From positions 987,957 to 1,051,956 of the forward strand of contig CP064975.1 of NCBI GenBank assembly GCA_016699425.1: DNA of 64,000 nt, given 5' to 3'. The notes under the pieces were generated by a model. The model was not told the origin of the DNA and searched no databases. It saw only the letters and a program-made list of their open reading frames with translations. Position 1 is the stretch's first letter, and every line of letters starts with the position of its first letter. Position numbers and translations under genes: made by a program. Shown here piece after piece: positions 47,943 to 57,254 of this stretch. Source of the stretch: Candidatus Moraniibacteriota bacterium (GTDB lineage: Bacteria; Patescibacteriota; Minisyncoccia; Moranbacterales; UBA1568).

Positions 47943-49796
47943 ATGGATAAGTTGATGAAAAATATCGGGCTTGTGGTGTTTCTGTTCCTCATGCTTTCGG
48001 GAATCATGATCCTCTATTCATCGCCGGAAAAACGTTCCGCTGATGTCTCACTCTCGGAGCTCGTGACCCAGATCAATGCCGGCGAAATCAAGGAGATCGT
48101 CGTCACCGGCAATGCGCTTGAAATCGTGAAACAGGATGGTTCGAAAGAGAAGGCCAGCAAAGAATCGGAAAGTTCCTTTACCGAAACGCTCGCCAACTAC
48201 CAGATCGACAAGGACAAATTTAAAGCAGTCTCCGTCACCGTGAAAGAGGATACTGGCTTCGGCTACTGGATGCTCACGCTCCTCCCCTTCATCCTCCCCT
48301 TCATCCTCATCTCAGCCTTTATCTGGTTCATGATGCGCCAGGCGCAGCGCGGCAATGCTCAGGCCCTCAACTTCGGCATGAGTCGGGCTCGCGTCGTTGA
48401 CCCCAAGGATAAGAAGAAGCGCATCACGTTCAAGGATGTCGCTGGAGCAATAGAGGCCAAACAGGAACTCATGGAGGTCGTCGAGTTCCTCCGTATGCCG
48501 AAGAAATTCCTCGCGATGGGGGCCAAGATCCCGAAAGGAGTCCTCCTCCTTGGGCCCCCAGGAACCGGTAAGACCCTCATGGCCAAAGCGGTCGCTGGTG
48601 AAGCGGGTGTGCCTTTTTTCAATATCAGTGGATCGGAATTCGTTGAGATGTTCGTCGGCGTCGGAGCGAGCCGCGTCCGCGACCTTTTCAAGCAGGCAAA
48701 GAAGAATGCACCCGCCATCGTTTTCATCGATGAGATTGATGCTGTCGGCCGCCATCGCGGTGCCGGCCTGGGCGGTGGACATGATGAACGCGAACAGACG
48801 CTCAACCAAATCCTTGTCGAAATGGACGGATTCGAAACAGATCAGAGCGTGATCGTCATCGCTTCCACAAACCGCCCCGATGTCCTCGATCCAGCATTGC
48901 TGCGTCCCGGACGCTTCGACCGCCGCGTCACCATGGACCTCCCGGATATCAATGAGCGTGAGGCAATTCTGAAAATCCACACGAAGAACAAGCCTCTCGG
49001 GAGCGATGTGAATGTGCGCCGTCTCGCTGAACGCACCCCCGGCTTCTCGGGAGCTGATCTCGCCAACCTCGTCAACGAAGGAGCGATCCTCGCGACCCGC
49101 CGGAATATGAAAGAAATTGGCATGCAGGAGCTGGCTGAATCGATTGAAAAAGTGATCCTCGGCCCAGAGCGTCGGAGCCGCGCCATCAATGAAGAAGAAA
49201 AGAAAATTATCGCCTATCACGAAGGCGGGCATGCCCTCGTCGGAGCGAGCCTCGAAAACGCTGACCCGGTCCACAAGGTCTCCATCATCTCACGCGGACA
49301 CGCCGGCGGATACACGCTGGCCGTCCCGTCCGAAGACAAGACGCTCCACACCGACCGCTACTTCATCGATGAACTCGCCGTCCTCCTCGGTGGGTACGCA
49401 AGCGAGAAACTCGTTTTCGGTGATGTCACCACTGGCCCGTCGAACGATCTCGAGCGCGCGACCCAGATGGCCCGCAATATGGTAACTCGCTACGGCATGA
49501 GCCAACTTGGTGCCAGGACGTTCGGAAAAAAAGAGGAGCTTATCTTCCTCGGCCGCGAGATGCACGAAGAACGCAATTACTCAGAAGAAACGGCTCGCTC
49601 CATTGATTCCGAAGTCTCTCGCCTCATCGCCGATGCTTTTGATCAAGCAACAGCAATTCTCGCTGCGAAACGCATCATCCTCGATCGGATTGCAACCACA
49701 CTCCTAGAGAAAGAGACGCTCGAAAAAGACGAATTCGATGCACTTATCAAGGATGCTATACCCGCCCCGGCCCTAGCCACAGTCACGACACTGTAG
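47943..49796 (+). CDS. ftsH: ATP-dependent zinc metalloprotease FtsH
   Basis: Two N-terminal TM helices, AAA+ module [25 protein letters not shown] and zinc motif HEGGHAL. Confidence 0.92.
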   Translation: MDKLMKNIGLVVFLFLMLSGIMILYSSPEKRSADVSLSELVTQINAGEIKEIVVTGNALEIVKQDGSKEKASKESESSFTETLANYQIDKDKFKAVSVTVKEDTGFGYWMLTLLPFILPFILISAFIWFMMRQAQRGNAQALNFGMSRARVVDPKDKKKRITFKDVAGAIEAKQELMEVVEFLRMPKKFLAMGAKIPKGVLLLGPPGTGKTLMAKAVAGEAGVPFFNISGSEFVEMFVGVGASRVRDLFKQAKKNAPAIVFIDEIDAVGRHRGAGLGGGHDEREQTLNQILVEMDGFETDQSVIVIASTNRPDVLDPALLRPGRFDRRVTMDLPDINEREAILKIHTKNKPLGSDVNVRRLAERTPGFSGADLANLVNEGAILATRRNMKEIGMQELAESIEKVILGPERRSRAINEEEKKIIAYHEGGHALVGASLENADPVHKVSIISRGHAGGYTLAVPSEDKTLHTDRYFIDELAVLLGGYASEKLVFGDVTTGPSNDLERATQMARNMVTRYGMSQLGARTFGKKEELIFLGREMHEERNYSEETARSIDSEVSRLIADAFDQATAILAAKRIILDRIATTLLEKETLEKDEFDALIKDAIPAPALATVTTL

Positions 49797-49823
49797 GAAT
49801 TTCCACTCCATTTTTCCTGTTCT

Positions 49824-50708
49824 ATGCCTGAAATGGCACCACTCACGAGCATTACCGTCAGTGCATTTCGTGTCGCCTGGCGAAGGCGTTTCTTGTGGCG
49901 ACTCGCTCTCCCGGTGAGTGTCCTCATCGGAATTAACTCACATGTGGCCAGGGAGATACAGCATACCCTCCTGGATTCGACCGACCGATCACACTGGCTC
50001 TCCCTTCTCACTGATTCGGCGACGCTCACGCTCTTCGGTTTCGTGGTTCTCGTTTCTCTCCTGCAGTCAGCAATCCGTGGACCCATCATCCTCTGCCTCG
50101 AACATGGTTACCCACACGATGCCAATGTGAAACGGAAGGGAGTCTCTCGATCCGAGATGCTTCGGGCAATTTTTGTTTCTGCTACTTTTGACGTCTTGTA
50201 TTGGTTTACTCTCCTCATTGTCGCAACCGTTATCGCGGTTCCCTGTTTCATCGCTTGGCAATTCAATCCATCTGTTCTCACCGGAATTCTTGAATTTGGT
50301 GCACTGATTCTGTTTACTCTGGGAGTCTACCTCACTTTCATCAAAGAACTCGCCTGTCTCTACGCTCTCCTCGGAAACGTTCGTCTCTCTTCAGCTGTTG
50401 ACCTCGGTTTCCGACTCTACCGCCGTCAGGCTTTCAATACACTTCTTTTTTTCTCCTATGTGGTACTACTCGCCATCCTCTTCGCAGTGTTCGTCGGAAG
50501 TCTCATTTCAGCCGTGGGGCTGGCACGATTCCAAGCAGGATGGCTTGTTGTTATCGCCTCTTCTCTCCCTTTTGGTCTCTATACTATCTTTGACCAGTCG
50601 CTACGGTTGAGCTTCTTCCATTCAGTCGCTACGACACCGAAGAAACCGGTTTTGAAAGAGGTCGCACTTGAGCCAAGTGAAAGCCAATCTGGTGTCGCAC
50701 CGAGCTAA
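49824..50708 (+). CDS. Hypothetical polytopic membrane protein (294 aa)
   Basis: ORF with about six TM helices. Confidence 0.55.
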   Translation: MPEMAPLTSITVSAFRVAWRRRFLWRLALPVSVLIGINSHVAREIQHTLLDSTDRSHWLSLLTDSATLTLFGFVVLVSLLQSAIRGPIILCLEHGYPHDANVKRKGVSRSEMLRAIFVSATFDVLYWFTLLIVATVIAVPCFIAWQFNPSVLTGILEFGALILFTLGVYLTFIKELACLYALLGNVRLSSAVDLGFRLYRRQAFNTLLFFSYVVLLAILFAVFVGSLISAVGLARFQAGWLVVIASSLPFGLYTIFDQSLRLSFFHSVATTPKKPVLKEVALEPSESQSGVAPS

Positions 50709-50806
50709 ATTTGCCAGGAGCGAAAATTATGCTACAGTACCCACATTGTTTCAAATTACGTACGGGGCCTTGGTGATTTCAATAGTCCACCACAGCCAGC
50801 ATCATC

Positions 50807-50880
50807 GGACAATTAGCTCAGTTGGTTAGAGCGTCACATTGACATTGTGAAGGTCACTGGTTCGAATCCAGTATTGTCCA
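50807..50880 (+). tRNA. tRNA-Val (anticodon GAC)
   Basis: Acceptor GGACAAT/ATTGTCC with A73. D-arm GCTC-AGTTGGTTA-GAGC. Anticodon stem TCACA/TGTGA with loop TTGACAT. T-arm ACTGG-TTCGAAT-CCAGT. Confidence 0.85.
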
Positions 50881-50885
50881 CTAAA

Positions 50886-50921
50886 TAAAGAACCTCCCTT
50901 CGGGCGGTTCTTTATTTTTAC
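50886..50921 (+). terminator. Rho-independent terminator after tRNA-Val
   Basis: AAAGAACCtcccttcgggcGGTTCTTT followed by ATTTTTA. Confidence 0.55.
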
Positions 50922-50952
50922 TTCTCGCAGTTCTGTTTCGAGCCAATTTAAT

Positions 50953-52029
50953 TTATGGGTCCGGATCAGGAGTTGAATTAAAATTCACGAGCGATTGCTG
51001 GACGCCCGTATATTTTCCAGCACTCGATGCACTCCCGCTCCACCCACCCAGCTGTTGATTCGAATTGCGCATAAATTGCGATCCCGGACCAAGCTGCCGT
51101 TGAAGGTCAGTTCGTGCTTCGTTAATCTTTGAATCTACCTTTCCCAGTTCTCGACTGATGTTCTGAGAAACCATTTCGAAGCCCTTTTGGTACATGTTAT
51201 TGAGCGCCTGATTAGCAAAGGCTCCAGCCGCAGCAGCAATTAATTCACCCCATTCAGTTGAATTTCCCACCAGTTTGAGAACTTCTGTTTGAGTTGTCTC
51301 AGTGACACCGGCAATAATGGACCCGGGTGATACAGTTTTCCCATTGATCTCCACCCCGGTAAAGCCCTTTCCGGCAATCGCCTTCGTCTTGGCGATTTCC
51401 TGCTGTTGATTGATTTTCTTCTGTGTTTCTTCCTTGATCATGAGACTCATTCCGAGCGGGTTATTGCAATCCACTGAAACCACAGCATTCAGTACCCGCC
51501 AGTCCCCTTCTCCGAGCGAGACCATCGCATTTGGCGTGTACTGATCAAGATTGAATTTGCAGCGGTCAGCAGCAAAGGCCGCGTTCACCTCAGCATTCAT
51601 GTAGTTCAAATAGCTCATGCCTAGCTGTTGCAGGCTGCCCCCCGCCACGACATAGTTGAGTGCAGAACTCTTTCCATCCGTTACCGTCGTAAGAAGATCG
51701 TTCATGTATATCATTCCTTCATCCAAAGCAATACCATAGATATATTCCTTGTAATCTGTAATAAAGGCTGCCTTTTTGGACGACCCGCCCGAAACGAGCT
51801 TATTCGCTGTATCGCGCGCCAGTCCAATTGCTACACGCTTGGCAATACCTTTAAGCAGGGCCAACAATTGCTCCCTTAGTGTTGTAATTGCCTGACCTAA
51901 TAGTTCAGCAGGAATTGCATCCCATGCATATGCAGGACGCGGCATAACACTTACAAAAACAACCACAGGTATCATTATTGATACGATTACTTTCCTTGAC
52001 CGATAGTAATGATTCATGGACGACAGCAT
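50953..52029 (-). CDS. Secreted hypothetical protein (358 aa)
   Basis: N-terminal signal/TM segment. Lower GC than the genome average. Confidence 0.55.
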   Translation of the reverse strand: MLSSMNHYYRSRKVIVSIMIPVVVFVSVMPRPAYAWDAIPAELLGQAITTLREQLLALLKGIAKRVAIGLARDTANKLVSGGSSKKAAFITDYKEYIYGIALDEGMIYMNDLLTTVTDGKSSALNYVVAGGSLQQLGMSYLNYMNAEVNAAFAADRCKFNLDQYTPNAMVSLGEGDWRVLNAVVSVDCNNPLGMSLMIKEETQKKINQQQEIAKTKAIAGKGFTGVEINGKTVSPGSIIAGVTETTQTEVLKLVGNSTEWGELIAAAAGAFANQALNNMYQKGFEMVSQNISRELGKVDSKINEARTDLQRQLGPGSQFMRNSNQQLGGWSGSASSAGKYTGVQQSLVNFNSTPDPDP

Positions 52030-52040
52030 ATACCTCTCCC

Positions 52041-53021
52041 CTATAAATCAAGTGATAACCCTTGGATGCCGTACTGGCTAAGCTTAGTCTGTGTTTCCTG
52101 CATAAAGCCCTGCAGAGAAACAACCACCCCAATAATTTTTGAAAATGCCATCATCTGTGCCAACGGGTCCTCGGGCGTCACAGAGCCCTGAATGCTCTGC
52201 TTTATATTCGAAATATAAGAAAGTAATTTAACAGCCTTCATATGCGTATCAACCATGCTTTCCGGAACATCTAGCTGATTGATCTCTTCAAGCGCATTCT
52301 TCGCTCGTCTTTCTGACTCATCGAGAAAACTAAAGTCTCCCGAAACCAGACTCGTCAGCATTGTATTGCTCGAGGTTGTGATGAAGTTTTGCAATTGCGC
52401 CTCATTCCGTACAGGAGTAGGGAGATTTGAAAGGAGGATATATGCTGAGAGAGTAAGATACTGAACCGTATCCTCTCTATTCTGCTCTTTCTCTTCTTCG
52501 TCAGTTAAGTTGTCAGAAAGTTTCTTAATTTTCAAAAACGAACTATCAATCTCAGGCAATACCACTTCTTCCTGACTCGTTGCCATCACATTATTGATAA
52601 CGGTGGAAAAGTCCTCGTTTGTAATTTCAGAACTATTTCCTTTCTCTTCGAGGAGAGCAGCAAATTCATTAGTAGCTTTTGTAGTAAGATTAGGCGTTTG
52701 TGTATCCGATACACCAACCGCCTCAATGGCTTCCTCCGGTATAACTCGGTCTCCAGGCGCTGGTTTCAGTGGATCAAACCCTCCTTCAATTTCGACACCA
52801 TCACTATACCCATCCCCATCTGTATCTGCGACATTCGGATCGGTTCCATAAATTTTCTCTTCTTCATTTGACAAACCATCTGTATCAACATCATCAAAAA
52901 CAACTGTATCAGTTGTTGATACTTCATCCGCCGCGACATACAACGCTGAACTCACGAGACACAAAAAAGCAAACACTAAAATACTCCAGCGAAGATTGGT
53001 TTTTGTTTGTGATACACCCAT
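52041..53021 (-). CDS. Secreted protein with calcium-binding thrombospondin-type-3-like Asp-rich repeats
   Basis: Signal peptide, then DDVDTDGLSNEEEKIYGTDPNVADTDGDGYSDGVEIEGGFDP. Confidence 0.6.
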   Translation of the reverse strand: MGVSQTKTNLRWSILVFAFLCLVSSALYVAADEVSTTDTVVFDDVDTDGLSNEEEKIYGTDPNVADTDGDGYSDGVEIEGGFDPLKPAPGDRVIPEEAIEAVGVSDTQTPNLTTKATNEFAALLEEKGNSSEITNEDFSTVINNVMATSQEEVVLPEIDSSFLKIKKLSDNLTDEEEKEQNREDTVQYLTLSAYILLSNLPTPVRNEAQLQNFITTSSNTMLTSLVSGDFSFLDESERRAKNALEEINQLDVPESMVDTHMKAVKLLSYISNIKQSIQGSVTPEDPLAQMMAFSKIIGVVVSLQGFMQETQTKLSQYGIQGLSLDL

Positions 53022-53130
53022 ACAGGATGAATTATATCACAATAGTAAATTTGCAACAGAGAAATTTTCATATCGTAATTCACTCATCAAACAACAACCT
53101 TTCCATAATTTGGATGAAACATGGCATAAA

Positions 53131-53146
53131 CCCCCCCCCCCCCCCC
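53131..53146. repeat. Homopolymeric C16 tract (G16 on the minus strand) about 110 bp upstream of the start of gene 52041..53021
   Basis: Counted directly: 16 consecutive C. Confidence 0.9.
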
Positions 53147-53413
53147 GCCAAACATGACTCATACCCAATACCCCTTAACCAGTGGACCGGATGTAAACCC
53201 CTGCAGGCTTCCACCTGCAACATCGACACGCTCTGCCGTTCTTGAGAGTAGCGCCCATTCTTCATTTCAAAGCCTTTCACTCTAAGTTATTGTTGGATAA
53301 CAAATATTAATAAATTTTGTTACTCTCGCTCGATGTCCCAATGACATCACTTATCCATCACACCCTCCTTGATACTCTAATTTTGGATTGTTCTAGAGAT
53401 AAGTGGGGGGTAT

Positions 53414-54751
53414 TTATGAATTTATAGATTCAGAATTGTTCAAAGCTACATTATGACTAACTATATTACATTTGTCAATAGTATAAATACTCCATGCTAA
53501 CATTGCTGCTATAAATGATCCTTGGTATATGTCCCAGGCATAGTGGTCAATTGACAATATAAGTATAAGGAAAATTGTAGGTATTTGAATATTATTCCAT
53601 GTTTCACGTGGAACTTTTCGAAAATATTTTCGTAAAATCATTAAAAGGAGAATTGTTGGTAAGATACCAAGCTCACTAAGAACAATAAATGGTACAAAAT
53701 GTATTGGTTCGTAATTCCACCATTCCAGAGGCATGTTGTCATAACTCAATCGGTAGGTACCGATTCCAGAGCCAAACAATGTTGGAGCATAATTTCCTAC
53801 TTGACTTATAGCCTGACTCAATCTGGTCTTAGTAGATACGGATATATCTATATACGATAGAAGTGTAAATGCCACAATCGAAGCAAGTAAAACTGTAGTG
53901 ACTATCACATGTTTCACGTGGAACATAGAAATAAGTTTTTTTTTGTACATGAACAGTATCATGAGCATAAGAAATATAATCATGAGTTTTGATTGAGTCA
54001 ACAATATTGACATGGTAGTAAATAGGACTATGGGATACAGAAATAGATGTTTCACGTGGAACAAATATCGGCGAAATAAGTATATAAAAATGAGTACAAA
54101 CATAGCATAGACTGCGAAAACATTAGGATGAGGAAATGTACCGTAACCACGTAATACTAGATGTCCAAATATATGTGCTTTCGCAACATTCAATGCACCA
54201 AGCGACAGAATTGATTCATTTAATGCTTTGACTCCAATAGATGATCCATGTATAACCTGGTAACCCGAGATAAACAACTGGAATAATGTACTGAAGGAAA
54301 ATATATATACAAGATCTATAATAAATTTCGTTCCACGTGAAACAAATTGATTTTGTATTAATACTATCGCTCCAAAAATAAGTGAAAAATGTAGCGCGCT
54401 ACTAATTGAGAGTCGTACATCAATTGAGGCAAAAATATTCATGGTTAAAAATATCAACAATAGTATCCATAAAATATTACGTTCCACGTGGAACTCATTT
54501 TTTACCTGATTAATAATAGATGTAACTATTGACTTTTCTTCTCTTTTCTTGTTTATAATGTGTATAAGAAGTGCAATAGCGAGAATAATCTCTCCAATAT
54601 ATATAGATATATCCATATATTCGCTGAAAGCCGCATGAAATCCACTCCGACTAGGATCAAGTATGATACGCCAAGAAAACGGAATTTGCCCGATATAGGC
54701 ATAAACCAATACTTGCTCAATATCTTTGAGTGAAACCGGGATAGTTTTCAT
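53414..54751 (-). CDS. O-antigen ligase/polymerase-like polytopic membrane protein (445 aa), about 33% GC, with five in-frame copies of a 14-bp palindrome
   Basis: Ten or more TM helices and a large periplasmic-type loop, similar in architecture to the Wzy_C/O-antigen ligase family. Strongly AT-rich relative to its flanks. Confidence 0.55.
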   Translation of the reverse strand: MKTIPVSLKDIEQVLVYAYIGQIPFSWRIILDPSRSGFHAAFSEYMDISIYIGEIILAIALLIHIINKKREEKSIVTSIINQVKNEFHVERNILWILLLIFLTMNIFASIDVRLSISSALHFSLIFGAIVLIQNQFVSRGTKFIIDLVYIFSFSTLFQLFISGYQVIHGSSIGVKALNESILSLGALNVAKAHIFGHLVLRGYGTFPHPNVFAVYAMFVLIFIYLFRRYLFHVKHLFLYPIVLFTTMSILLTQSKLMIIFLMLMILFMYKKKLISMFHVKHVIVTTVLLASIVAFTLLSYIDISVSTKTRLSQAISQVGNYAPTLFGSGIGTYRLSYDNMPLEWWNYEPIHFVPFIVLSELGILPTILLLMILRKYFRKVPRETWNNIQIPTIFLILILSIDHYAWDIYQGSFIAAMLAWSIYTIDKCNIVSHNVALNNSESINS

Positions 54752-54860
54752 ATTTCAGCCCTCCAGTATAGCGTACACATAATAATTATCCAGTTCAGGT
54801 CATTGACGTATCAGGAATTATCGATATGATTGTAAGGTGCTCCGCGGTTTTTTTCGATAA

Positions 54861-54932
54861 GGGCCATTAGCTCATTTGGTAGAGCACTTCCATGGCATGG
54901 AAGGGGTGACCGGTTCGAATCCGGTATGGTCC
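54861..54932 (+). tRNA. tRNA-Ala (anticodon GGC)
   Basis: Acceptor GGGCCAT/ATGGTCC with the G3:U70 Ala identity pair. Anticodon stem CTTCC/GGAAG with loop ATGGCAT. T-arm ACCGG-TTCGAAT-CCGGT. Confidence 0.85.
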
Positions 54933-55164
54933 ACCCCATTAAATTACGTCTCTTAGCTATTCAGGATTTTTACAGCCTCTTTACAGCCATTGAGGCTGGT
55001 ATTTTTAGATAATCAGAATTAATATATTCAGTTCAGTATGAAAAGTCCAACTACAAGCAAAATTATTGGATAATATCCTCACTTATCTACTAGTTATCCA
55101 CAGTTCCTCTGATACAATACGCTTATCTTGCCATCGTAGCGGTTTCCCAGTATAGTACACCTTC

Positions 55165-55236
55165 GCCCCTGTAGCTCAATGGATAGAGCTATCCCGTCCT
55201 AAGGGAGAGATCTAGGTTCGATTCCTGGTGGGGGCA
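55165..55236 (+). tRNA. tRNA-Arg (anticodon CCT)
   Basis: Acceptor GCCCCTG/TGGGGGC (two G:U pairs) with A73. D-arm GCTC-AATGGATA-GAGC. Anticodon loop GTCCTAA. T-arm CTAGG-TTCGATT-CCTGG. Confidence 0.75.
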
Positions 55237-55238
55237 CT

Positions 55239-55577
55239 ATGCATGACCGAATTACTCAACTCAACGACCTCATCCGAGATATCCTGGGCGAGATTTTGAC
55301 TCGCGAAGTTTCTTTTAAGACAGGCGTAATTATCACGCTTACTAAGGTAGTGACGGCGCGCAATCTCCGTTCAACCCATATTTTACTCAGTGTCCTCCCA
55401 GTTGAAGACCGAGGATACGTCATGAAGACGATCCAGCACGAACAGCGACATATCGAATGGCTTTTCCATAAAAAACTTTCTACTCGACCACTTCCCAAGT
55501 TGGTATTCGGATTGGATACTACTGAGGAGAAGGCAGATGAGGTCGAGCGACTTCTTCGATCAATTAAAAACGAGTAG
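55239..55577 (+). CDS. rbfA: Ribosome-binding factor A
   Basis: RITQLNDLIRDILGEILTREV...VIITLTKVVTARNLRSTHILLSV...PKLVFGLD is the RbfA KH-like signature. Confidence 0.8.
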   Translation: MHDRITQLNDLIRDILGEILTREVSFKTGVIITLTKVVTARNLRSTHILLSVLPVEDRGYVMKTIQHEQRHIEWLFHKKLSTRPLPKLVFGLDTTEEKADEVERLLRSIKNE

Positions 55578-55590
55578 AGCAGTACATTGT

Positions 55591-56553
55591 ATGCGCTATT
55601 TTGGAAAGGAATTTAAGACTCTTCGTTTCGTCCTCGAACGAGCTGAAGCGGTTCTTCTCGTCGCTCATAAACGACCTGATCCAGATACGGTCGGCGCCAA
55701 TTTAGCATTGAAGTACTACTTGGAGGAACAGGGGAAGCACGTCTCGATTGCCTGTTACGATCCATTTCCGGAAAATTTAAGCACGCTTTTTCATGCTGAT
55801 TTTTTCCATCCGGATCAACTCGATCTCGCATCATTCGATGCTGTGATTGCAGCCGACAGTGTCGATCGGGGATTCCATCTCTTCCGTGATCGTTTTGATG
55901 AACGCCAAGTGATCACTCTCATTGATCATCACCCCGATATCGATCTTACGGCTGATATCGTAATGATTGATCCAAAGTATTCGTCATCAAGCGAACTCGT
56001 CTATCTCTTTTTCATGCACATCCAGGCGCATATCAGCAAAGATATTGCGACCGCTCTTCTTACAGGAATACTTTTTGATACCGGTAACTTTAAGCACTCT
56101 TCTGTTTCACCCCAGGTCATGGACATCGCTTCTCACCTCATGAAGCTTGGTGCGCCACTGACGAAAATTTCAAATACTATTTTTACGAACAAAAATATTT
56201 CCGCGATGAAACTTTGGGGGCTGGCATTTGAAAAAGTGAAGTTCATTCCACAAACTGGACTACTCGTTACCGCCGTCACACGCTCTGATATCGACGAGTG
56301 CGAAGCGACGCCAGATGATGTCTACCAAGTCGCCTCTATCCTTTCTACAGTACCGGAAGCCAGGTTCGCTCTCGTCCTCTCGGAACGCGATGAGACCACG
56401 GTCAGAGGTAGTCTCCGCTCATCCGAATATCACGGTGTCGATGTGTCAGCGATCGCCCACAGGCTCGGGGGTGGCGGGCACAAGCTCGCGAGTGGCTTTG
56501 AAGTGAAGGGGAAAATTGTCGAGTCAGCTGAAGGTTGGCACATCATGTCATGA
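55591..56553 (+). CDS. nrnA: DHH-family phosphoesterase (NrnA-like oligoribonuclease/pAp phosphatase)
   Basis: DHH motif LIDHHPDID and DHHA1 motif LGGGGHKLASGF. Confidence 0.8.
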   Translation: MRYFGKEFKTLRFVLERAEAVLLVAHKRPDPDTVGANLALKYYLEEQGKHVSIACYDPFPENLSTLFHADFFHPDQLDLASFDAVIAADSVDRGFHLFRDRFDERQVITLIDHHPDIDLTADIVMIDPKYSSSSELVYLFFMHIQAHISKDIATALLTGILFDTGNFKHSSVSPQVMDIASHLMKLGAPLTKISNTIFTNKNISAMKLWGLAFEKVKFIPQTGLLVTAVTRSDIDECEATPDDVYQVASILSTVPEARFALVLSERDETTVRGSLRSSEYHGVDVSAIAHRLGGGGHKLASGFEVKGKIVESAEGWHIMS

Positions 56554-56620
56554 TGGAAACGCAGGAATCAAAAAGGGGGATGTTGTAGAGTAGAACATTT
56601 TTCCGATTACCCTAAAACTT

Positions 56621-57211
56621 ATGGACGACAAAACACAACAACTGAAGATATTGAATGCTCGCATGGCTATCGAGTGTCCCTGCAGCCTGCGCGACTCAGC
56701 CACCCAGGCCGTACCAGGGGACGGGAGTGCTGACGCCAAGATTTTGTTTGTCGGTGAAGCGCCCGGGAAAAACGAGGACATCCAGGGGATACCTTTTGTC
56801 GGTGCGGCAGGGAAATTTCTCAATGAAATGCTTGCCACTATCGGACTTCGGCGCGAAGACATCTATATCACCAATGTTGTAAAGTATCGACCGCCCGAGA
56901 ATCGTGACCCCAGCCCCGAAGAAATTGACGCTTGCATGCCCTGGCTTCACGAACAGATACGGATCATCCAGCCGTCCGTAATCGTCACCCTTGGCCGGCA
57001 TGCCATGGAACACTTCATCCCCGGTAAGAAAATATCTGAAGTCCACGGCCAGGCGTTCCAACGCACCTTCCCAGATATCGGCCCCCAAGTCTTTTTCGCC
57101 CTCTATCATCCAGCGGCAGCACTCTACAATGGCAGCATGCGCCAAACACTCATCACGGACTTCAAAAATATTCCCAAGGTTGTAGAAAAAATACAAGAGC
57201 GGAGAAAATAA
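56621..57211 (+). CDS. Uracil-DNA glycosylase, family 4
   Basis: ILFVGEAPGKNEDIQGIPFVGAAGKFL and HPAAALYN motifs. Confidence 0.8.
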   Translation: MDDKTQQLKILNARMAIECPCSLRDSATQAVPGDGSADAKILFVGEAPGKNEDIQGIPFVGAAGKFLNEMLATIGLRREDIYITNVVKYRPPENRDPSPEEIDACMPWLHEQIRIIQPSVIVTLGRHAMEHFIPGKKISEVHGQAFQRTFPDIGPQVFFALYHPAAALYNGSMRQTLITDFKNIPKVVEKIQERRK

Positions 57212-57254
57212 ATCCCGAGCATGCCGGGATCTTTTCTGCGGATTAATTGGACCG

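Noticed and set aside
48312-49274. 320-aa minus-strand ORF inside ftsH
   Set aside because: It is antisense to the unmistakable FtsH AAA+/protease sequence. Likewise, the long antisense ORFs inside pcrA (22398-23126), gyrA (41521-43008) and the 961-aa gene (4899-5549, 5992-6541) are shadow ORFs.
53414-54751. The irregularly spaced 14-bp palindromes as a CRISPR-like array
   Set aside because: Spacing is irregular (138-310 bp), the copies sit in-frame within a plausible multi-TM ORF, and no cas genes are nearby. This is not a CRISPR array.
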